Shown: in pieces, positions 58,318 through 64,000 of the stretch
Position numbering within the stretch: the first letter of the stretch is position 1
Layout: each line of letters begins with the position of its first letter
Assembly (NCBI GenBank): GCA_965203465.1
Contig: CBDBCR010000001.1
Location: 768,001-832,000 of the forward strand
Direction of reading: 5' to 3'
DNA length: 64,000 nucleotides
DNA from: Nitrosopumilaceae archaeon
Lineage (GTDB): Archaea > Thermoproteota > Nitrososphaeria > Nitrososphaerales > Nitrosopumilaceae
Program-made: the position numbers and the translations under genes
The notes under the pieces: generated by a model
What the model was told of the DNA's origin: nothing
Database searches by the model: none
The model's input: the letters and a program-made list of their open reading frames with translations, nothing else

Positions 58318-60333
58318 TTGAAGGCGATGATGGCTGCCGCGCTGCTGGCCGCGCTGTTCTGGGCGCTGCCGGCCGAGGCCCAGGACGGGACGAAGTTTCT
58401 TGCGCTGCGCTGGGATCTGGTAGAGACGGTCACGCTCACGGACGCGGGCGGCGGGGTCGAGATCAGGGCGAGCGGCCAGTGGCGGGAAGGGATGTCCGCG
58501 TCGCTGACCGGCCCCGACGGCAGAGTTCACGCGCTGGACCTGCAGGACCTGGACGGCAGGTTCGTGCTCGAGGCCTCGGCGCCCGGCGGGCCCTGGTCGC
58601 CCGACGGGCTGCACGCGCTCGTCTTCGAGGGGGGCGGGGCGCGCGACGAGGTGCCGGTCGAGCTGAGCGGAGGGGCATTGGCTCCCGGATTCGGGGCCGC
58701 CTCGCGCTCGGGCGAGACCGTCACGTTCCGGACGTGGGACATGATAACGAGGGCCTCGGTAGAGTCGAGGGGAGGCGCCGACACGGTCGAGATCGAGGCG
58801 CAGACGGGCAGGACATCGCCGGTCACCGCAAAGCTTCTTCTCCCTGACGGCTCGCTGTCCGTGCTGGACGTAATAGCGCCCGACGGCCGGTACTCGTTTT
58901 CGGCCGCGGTGGGCGGCCAGCTCTGGTCGCAGGACGGCGACTATACCCTGCTCTTGGAGCAGCCCGGGAGCCCGCCGTACCGCGACGACCTGATACTGCC
59001 GGTCTCCGGGGGAGCGGTGGCGCTGCCCGTCGAGCCGTACCCCCGGGACGAGCTTACATATTCGGAGCGCTGGTCCGAGGTGGAGCGCGTCTCGGTCTCG
59101 GCCGAATCGCTGTCTGTGGCGGGGAGCTCGGAGCGGGAGCTGAGGGTGTCGCTTCTTTCGCCCGGCGGCGTCTCGGTGCCGCTCGGCACGGTCGGGCCGG
59201 GGGAGTTTTCTGCCCGGTACGGCATGAACGCGCCGGAGCCGGGCGCGTACGTGGTGCAGTTCGGCGAGCCGGGCGACGAGCTGATCGCGTACCTTGGGAT
59301 AAAGGGGGCCGGGGAGTATTTCGAGGCCGAAAGGTGGGTTATGCTGGAGCGCGCCGCGGTGGTCTCCGGCGAGCCGGACGCCGTGGAACTGAGCGGCTCG
59401 ACGGACAGGGCCGCGCCGGTCTCTGTACTTTTGGCCGGGCCCGACGGGCAGATCGAGCGGCTGCCGCCCGTCGTACCCAAAGGCGGCAAGTTCTCGATCT
59501 CGGCGCCGGTGCCCGTCTGGAAGGACGGCATGTACGCCGTGTCCGTAGAGCAGCCCGGAAGCCCGCCGTACCTGGACATCTATGCGGTCTCCGCGGAGTC
59601 GGGCCGGCCGGTGAGCACCGTTCACGTCGGGGACGTAAAGGCCTCGGGGGCGCGCTGGTCTGCCGTGGAAAAAGTCTCGGTGCGCGGCTCGACGGTATCG
59701 ATCTCGGGCTCGTCGGAGAACGACCTGCGCGCGCGCGCCAGCCTGCCCGACGGAAGCCTCGCAGACGTCGGACAGATCCGGTCTGAGGGCGGCGCCGTCT
59801 CGCTGGAACTGGACGCCTCGGAGGAGCCGTGGAACGGGAGCGGCGCGTACGCGCTGATACTGGAGGGGCCGGGCGTGCGCGACGTGGTGCCGCTCCTGAT
59901 GGAGGGGGGCCGGGCCGCGCCCGGATTCGGGCAGGGCGACGAGGCCTCGCTCAAGGCTTGGGATCTGATACGGAGCGCCTCGGTGCAGAGGCAGGGCGGC
60001 TCGGACGTGCTGTTCGTGCGCGGCTCGGCTGCCGGGCCGGTCGCCGTCGCGCTCCTGCCGCCCGGCGGCGAGCCGGCGGAGCTGGCCACGGCCGAGCCGG
60101 ACGGCGGCGAGTTTTCCGTGGAGATAACAGTGGGCGGCAGCGCCTGGTCGCGCGACGGCGTCTATGCGGTGGCCTTTGAGCAGGGCGAGCCGCCGCTGCG
60201 CGACCACCTGTACCTGGAGGTCTCGGGCGGCTCGGTGGTGCCCGAGTTCGGGGCCGCCTTTGCCGCGCTGGCCGCCGCCTCGGGGGCCGCGCTGGCCGCG
60301 CGGCTGGCGCCCAGAATTCAAATACGGGCCTGA
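58318..60333 (+). CDS. PEFG-CTERM secreted surface protein with about six internal beta-sandwich repeats
   Basis: Signal peptide, repeated W..VE.V..PDG..W..DG.Y units, C-terminal VVPEFG plus TM and basic tail. Confidence 0.88.
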   Translation: MKAMMAAALLAALFWALPAEAQDGTKFLALRWDLVETVTLTDAGGGVEIRASGQWREGMSASLTGPDGRVHALDLQDLDGRFVLEASAPGGPWSPDGLHALVFEGGGARDEVPVELSGGALAPGFGAASRSGETVTFRTWDMITRASVESRGGADTVEIEAQTGRTSPVTAKLLLPDGSLSVLDVIAPDGRYSFSAAVGGQLWSQDGDYTLLLEQPGSPPYRDDLILPVSGGAVALPVEPYPRDELTYSERWSEVERVSVSAESLSVAGSSERELRVSLLSPGGVSVPLGTVGPGEFSARYGMNAPEPGAYVVQFGEPGDELIAYLGIKGAGEYFEAERWVMLERAAVVSGEPDAVELSGSTDRAAPVSVLLAGPDGQIERLPPVVPKGGKFSISAPVPVWKDGMYAVSVEQPGSPPYLDIYAVSAESGRPVSTVHVGDVKASGARWSAVEKVSVRGSTVSISGSSENDLRARASLPDGSLADVGQIRSEGGAVSLELDASEEPWNGSGAYALILEGPGVRDVVPLLMEGGRAAPGFGQGDEASLKAWDLIRSASVQRQGGSDVLFVRGSAAGPVAVALLPPGGEPAELATAEPDGGEFSVEITVGGSAWSRDGVYAVAFEQGEPPLRDHLYLEVSGGSVVPEFGAAFAALAAASGAALAARLAPRIQIRA

Positions 60334-60345
60334 AAAGGGGCGGGT

Positions 60346-60443
60346 GCAGGAGTATCAAAGCCCGGCCAACTGAGAGGGACTCAAGATCCCGTTGGGAAAT
60401 CCCTTCTCTTAGGAGTTCGTGGGTTCGAATCCCACCTCCTGCA
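60346..60443 (+). tRNA. tRNA-Leu(CAA) with a ~13-nt intron at position 37/38 (60386-60398)
   Basis: GCAGGAG/CTCCTGC acceptor stem, AGGGA-CTCAAG[ATCCCGTTGGGAA]A-TCCCT, long variable arm, GTGGG-TTCGAAT-CCCAC. Confidence 0.9.
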
Positions 60444-60563
60444 TCACGCTGCTATGCGGCGCAGGCGCGCCACCGAATGGCCGGATATCTCGCCGTGCAT
60501 GCGGGCGTGCTCCTCGGTGCCGAAGACCAGGTCGCACCTGAAGCACTTCCAAGATCTCGACAT
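60444..60563 (-). CDS. Small C2H2 zinc-finger protein
   Basis: MSRSWKCFRCDLVF..HARMH..SGH; TATAA box upstream. Confidence 0.75.
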   Translation of the reverse strand: MSRSWKCFRCDLVFGTEEHARMHGEISGHSVARLRRIAA

Positions 60564-60726
60564 GCACGCGCTACGTCTTTTTGTGTTATAAAGATCGTGG
60601 ACGAGCTGACCACTCTGGTGTACAAGTATACCCTGCCCCTCCAGAGGCCAAAGCCGGCCCCGCGGGGGGCGGCGCGCGGGCAGGCGCCGCCAAACCAATT
60701 TACGGCGCGCCGCGCAGGCTCCGCGC

Positions 60727-61347
60727 GTGGCGGACTTTTTCGAGGCGTTCGGCGAGCTCTCGTACGCGGGGATATTCGCTGCCCTGCTGGCGGTCAACGC
60801 CGCGCCGGTGCTCATGCCGCCCTCGTGGATAATCCTGGCCACCTTCTGGGCGCTGGACCCGTCGCTCGAGCCGCTGCAGCTTGCGCTGGTCGGCGCCACG
60901 GCGGCCACGCTGGGCCGCGCCATCCTGAAGCAGGCCGGCTCCCGGATGGGCAGGCTGGTCGGCGAGGAGCAGCGCGGCAACATGGGGGCGGTGGGCAGGT
61001 ACCTGGAGGGCAAGAGGTACGGCTACGCGCTCGCCTCGTTCCTTTTCGCGGCAACGCCCCTGCCGAGCAACATGCTGTTCATCGCCTACGGTCTCATGCG
61101 GGCGCGCAGCGCGGGGCTGTACCTGGGGTTCTGGGCCGGGCGCGCCGTATCCTACTACGCGATGATCTCGGTCAGCGAGGTGGTCCTGGCCCCGTTCGTC
61201 GAGCTCTTCGAGGACAGGTACGCGGGGATACTGGTAGCAGACGCGGCGGGCATCGCCGTCATATTCCTGTTCATGTCCGTCGACTGGAGGGCGCTCGTGG
61301 TGGAGCGGCGCCTGCGCTTTTCGCGGCCGCGGCTCTGGCGGCGCTGA
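60727..61347 (+). CDS. DedA/SNARE-associated-like membrane protein
   Basis: MPPSW, GATAATLGR, FAATPLPS; multiple TM helices. Confidence 0.75.
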   Translation: MADFFEAFGELSYAGIFAALLAVNAAPVLMPPSWIILATFWALDPSLEPLQLALVGATAATLGRAILKQAGSRMGRLVGEEQRGNMGAVGRYLEGKRYGYALASFLFAATPLPSNMLFIAYGLMRARSAGLYLGFWAGRAVSYYAMISVSEVVLAPFVELFEDRYAGILVADAAGIAVIFLFMSVDWRALVVERRLRFSRPRLWRR

Positions 61348-61659
61348 CTAGCCGTAGTCGACGTACCTGCGGTGCCTCTTTTCGATCTCGGGGTTTTGCC
61401 CGTCCAGGATCCGCCTGCGCTCCCGAGCCCTCCTGGCGCCGACGTAGCGGGCGATGTCCGCGTACGGCCCGGAGCCCGGAAGAGAATCGAAGAGGGGCGC
61501 CATCATGTCGAAGAATTCCGCGGACTTTTGCCTGAACTCCTCGGCGCTCGGATCCCGCCTGCCGCCCATGCGGAACCAGGCCGAGGCCCAGCTTGCCCCG
61601 GCCACGTGCGGCAGCAGGTCGAAGGCGCGGGCGATCTCGAACCTGTCGTCGTCCCTCAC
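61348..61659 (-). CDS. Hypothetical protein coupled to hemB
   Basis: DDDRFEIARAFDLLPHV...EIEKRHRRYVDYG; GTG overlaps the hemB stop. Confidence 0.72.
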   Translation of the reverse strand: MRDDDRFEIARAFDLLPHVAGASWASAWFRMGGRRDPSAEEFRQKSAEFFDMMAPLFDSLPGSGPYADIARYVGARRARERRRILDGQNPEIEKRHRRYVDYG

Positions 61660-62636
61660 CGCCCCTCGCCCAGCAGGGCGGCGGCCCTCTCCGCGAAATA
61701 CGTCACGATGATGTCCGCCCCGGCCCTCTTTATGGAGCCGAGCACCTCGAGGGCCGCAGCGTCGGCGTCCAGCCAGCCCATCCTGGCGGCGGCCGAGACC
61801 ATGGCGTACTCGCCCGAGACGCTGTAGGCCGCCACCGGCACGCCGAACCTCTCCTTGGCCCTGTATATCAGGTCCAGGTACGCGAGGGCCGGCTTTACCA
61901 TCACCACGTCGACGCCCTCCTCGACGTCGGCGGCCATCTCGGCCATGGCCTCCCTGGCGTTGGTGTACGGAACCTGGTAGGTCTTCCTGTCCCCGAAGCG
62001 CGGGGCGCACTCGGCCGCGTCGCGGAAGGGCGAGTACATCGACGAGCCGTGCTTTGCAGAGTGCGACATTACGGCCGTATCGTGCATGCCTGCCCCGTCG
62101 AGGGCCGAGCGTATGGCCAGGACCTGCCCGTCCATCATGGCAGACGGGCAGACCACGTCGGCGCCGGCCTCGGCGTGGCTGACGGCCGTCTTTGCCAGAA
62201 TTTCGTTGCTCTCGTCGTTGAGTATGTTGCCGTCCCTCGCCAGGCCGCAGTGGCCCGACAGGGTGTACTGGCAGAGGCACACGTCGGTCATCACGGCCAG
62301 CCCGTCGCCGAGCTCGCCCTTGACGGCGCGCACCGCCTCCTGCACGACGCCGCCGCGCGCGTGCGCCTGCGATCCCGAATCGTCCTTCGAGGAGGGCAGG
62401 CCGAACAGCATTACTCCTTTCAGGCCGGCCTCCGACAGCCTGCGCGCCTCGCGCGCGGCCATCGGCGGCGGCATCCTGCGCACGCCCGGCATCGATTCTA
62501 CCTCGATCGGCTCGGAGGCGCCCTCGTCTACGAAGAGGGGGGCCACCAGGTCGCCGGCGGACAGGCGCGTCTCCCTGGCGATGTCGCGCAGGGCCGCGCT
62601 CCTGCGCAGGCGGCGGGCCCTGTAGGCGGGGAACAC
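61656..62636 (-). CDS. hemB: Porphobilinogen synthase
   Basis: RRLRR, DVCLCQYTLSGHCG, PSAMMDGQV, YSPFRDAA, MVKPAL, YSVSGEY. Confidence 0.95.
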   Translation of the reverse strand: MFPAYRARRLRRSAALRDIARETRLSAGDLVAPLFVDEGASEPIEVESMPGVRRMPPPMAAREARRLSEAGLKGVMLFGLPSSKDDSGSQAHARGGVVQEAVRAVKGELGDGLAVMTDVCLCQYTLSGHCGLARDGNILNDESNEILAKTAVSHAEAGADVVCPSAMMDGQVLAIRSALDGAGMHDTAVMSHSAKHGSSMYSPFRDAAECAPRFGDRKTYQVPYTNAREAMAEMAADVEEGVDVVMVKPALAYLDLIYRAKERFGVPVAAYSVSGEYAMVSAAARMGWLDADAAALEVLGSIKRAGADIIVTYFAERAAALLGEGR

Positions 62637-62668
62637 GCGCGCTGCGCGCCGGCCCCCGCAAATTAAAC

Positions 62669-64000
62669 CTAGGCTGCGCGCCCGAGCGCGTCGTGGTAGG
62701 CCCTCGGCACCATGTCCCTCGCGCGCGAGAGCACCTGGTGGACGGCCGCGTCGAGCACGTACGTGCGCGCCCAGTCGCCCTCGCCCCTGACAGATCTTCC
62801 CATGCCCTGCAGCAGCTTTGTCAGAGTCTGCGAGCTGTACCACAGGGGGAACCTGCGCATCTTGACGGCCACGCGCCTCTCGGCCAGGCTCGGGTACGGC
62901 ACCTTGGCTATTATCTGGAAGCGCGACAGGTCGTCCTTCAGGTCCACCCCCTCCCACAGCGACGAGGAGAGCAGCACGCTGCCCGGCGTGCCGGCGTGCT
63001 CGTCTATCACCTGGTCCTGCGTGCGCCCGTCGGGGTTCCTGCTGTGGCACATGCGCACCCTCTCGGCGTTCTCCGGCGAGAGGCCCTCGAGTATCTGCCT
63101 GCACCACGATATGGACGAGGTGAGCACGAGCCCGCGCTCCCCGGCGTGCTCGGACATTATGCGGTCCACCGCGGCGATCACCGCGGCCCTGTCCTGCTCG
63201 CTGGAGCGGCTGCTCAGGCTGCGCACGTCGGCGAACCTCACCTCGCGCGCCTCTAGCGGGAACGGCGAGCGGGGGGCGTCCACCACGGCCACCTCGTCGG
63301 CCGGTATGCCGGTGTTTTCGCAAAAGCTGCGCCTGTCTATGGTGGCCGACATGAACAGCTGGCGGGGCGTTATCAGGAACTGGCCGACGTACTTTGAAAT
63401 GTCGACCGGCTTTGCCGAGACGGACTTGAACTTGCCGTCGGGCCAAGTCTCGGCCCTGCCGACCACGAAGTTGGACGGATCCCACCCGATGTCCTTTATG
63501 GCCGCCGAGATCCTCTCCACGCGCGAGCCCATCTTGTACACGCGCTCCTCGGCCGCAGCGTCGCCCGGCTCGGCGCGCTCCTCTGCCTCCTTCAGCTTGG
63601 CCTTGTAGTGGGATTCCATCTTTTCGAGCACGCCGAGCAGCACCCCGACGTCGTCCGAATCGTAGCCCTCCATGTTCACGCCGCACTCGGCGGCGGGCCC
63701 CGCGTACACGTCGACGCCGACGAACTGCACTATCTGGTCTTCGAGCTTGTGCGCCTCGTCGAACACCGAGACGCTGCGGTTGAGGTGCTCGGCGAATGCG
63801 CGGCGGTTGTACTTTACTATCTGAAAGTAGGACGCGTAGTTCCACAGCGAGTGCTCGCCGACCAGGGCCGCGTACTTTTGCGCGTAGTAGGGGCACCACT
63901 CGCCGGCCGCGCGCGACCTGATCTGCGCTATGGTGGGCTTGAACCTGCAGGGGCGCTGCTTGGTGCCCGACTCGTCCTGGACGGTCTCGATGCACGAGCC
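62669..64000 (-). CDS. DinG/Rad3-like ATP-dependent helicase, 5' end outside window
   Basis: FDEAH, FMSATI, SLWEGVDLKDD, KVPYP, QGMGRSVR. Confidence 0.9.
   Translation of the reverse strand, partial: GSCIETVQDESGTKQRPCRFKPTIAQIRSRAAGEWCPYYAQKYAALVGEHSLWNYASYFQIVKYNRRAFAEHLNRSVSVFDEAHKLEDQIVQFVGVDVYAGPAAECGVNMEGYDSDDVGVLLGVLEKMESHYKAKLKEAEERAEPGDAAAEERVYKMGSRVERISAAIKDIGWDPSNFVVGRAETWPDGKFKSVSAKPVDISKYVGQFLITPRQLFMSATIDRRSFCENTGIPADEVAVVDAPRSPFPLEAREVRFADVRSLSSRSSEQDRAAVIAAVDRIMSEHAGERGLVLTSSISWCRQILEGLSPENAERVRMCHSRNPDGRTQDQVIDEHAGTPGSVLLSSSLWEGVDLKDDLSRFQIIAKVPYPSLAERRVAVKMRRFPLWYSSQTLTKLLQGMGRSVRGEGDWARTYVLDAAVHQVLSRARDMVPRAYHDALGRAA

Noticed and set aside
60386-60398. tRNA intron as a novelty
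   Set aside because: Short introns at 37/38 are normal in archaeal tRNAs.
61656-63995. 779-aa ORF suggesting a helicase-hemB fusion
   Set aside because: The part upstream of hemB is an off-frame reading of the helicase; hemB starts at about 62636.

Overview
High-GC archaeal DNA, most consistent with an ammonia-oxidising archaeon (Nitrososphaerota, Nitrosopumilaceae/Cenarchaeum-like). Evidence: a PEFG-CTERM surface protein, a Rieske plus cytochrome b pair next to a split metH, an intron-containing tRNA-Leu(CAA), and TATA-like boxes just before start codons. Layout: (1) 1-7.5 kb, a defence-like block with the 3' part of DISARM drmB (DUF1998), a large wHTH orphan, and a HEPN-like/helical-repeat gene broken by one in-frame TGA. 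(2) 7.8-27.5 kb, a surface-glycan/dTDP-rhamnose cluster with unusual fusions; it is interrupted at 15-19.6 kb by a two-gene nuclease-like cassette disrupted by an IS66 element. (3) 27.5-46.4 kb, a defence/accessory island downstream of tRNA-Ile2(CAT): RloC-like ATPase, OLD nuclease, HEAT-repeat nuclease, candidate ADP-ribosyltransferase plus partner, methyltransferase relic, a second IS66, and three tandem TM/coiled-coil paralogs. (4) 46.5-64 kb, core genes (PqqC/TenA-like, petC/petB, split metH with a decayed HicB/ATPase insertion between the halves, metF, Nudix, PEFG-CTERM, tRNA-Leu, hemB, DinG-like helicase). All assignments come from reading motifs by eye; no database search was run.
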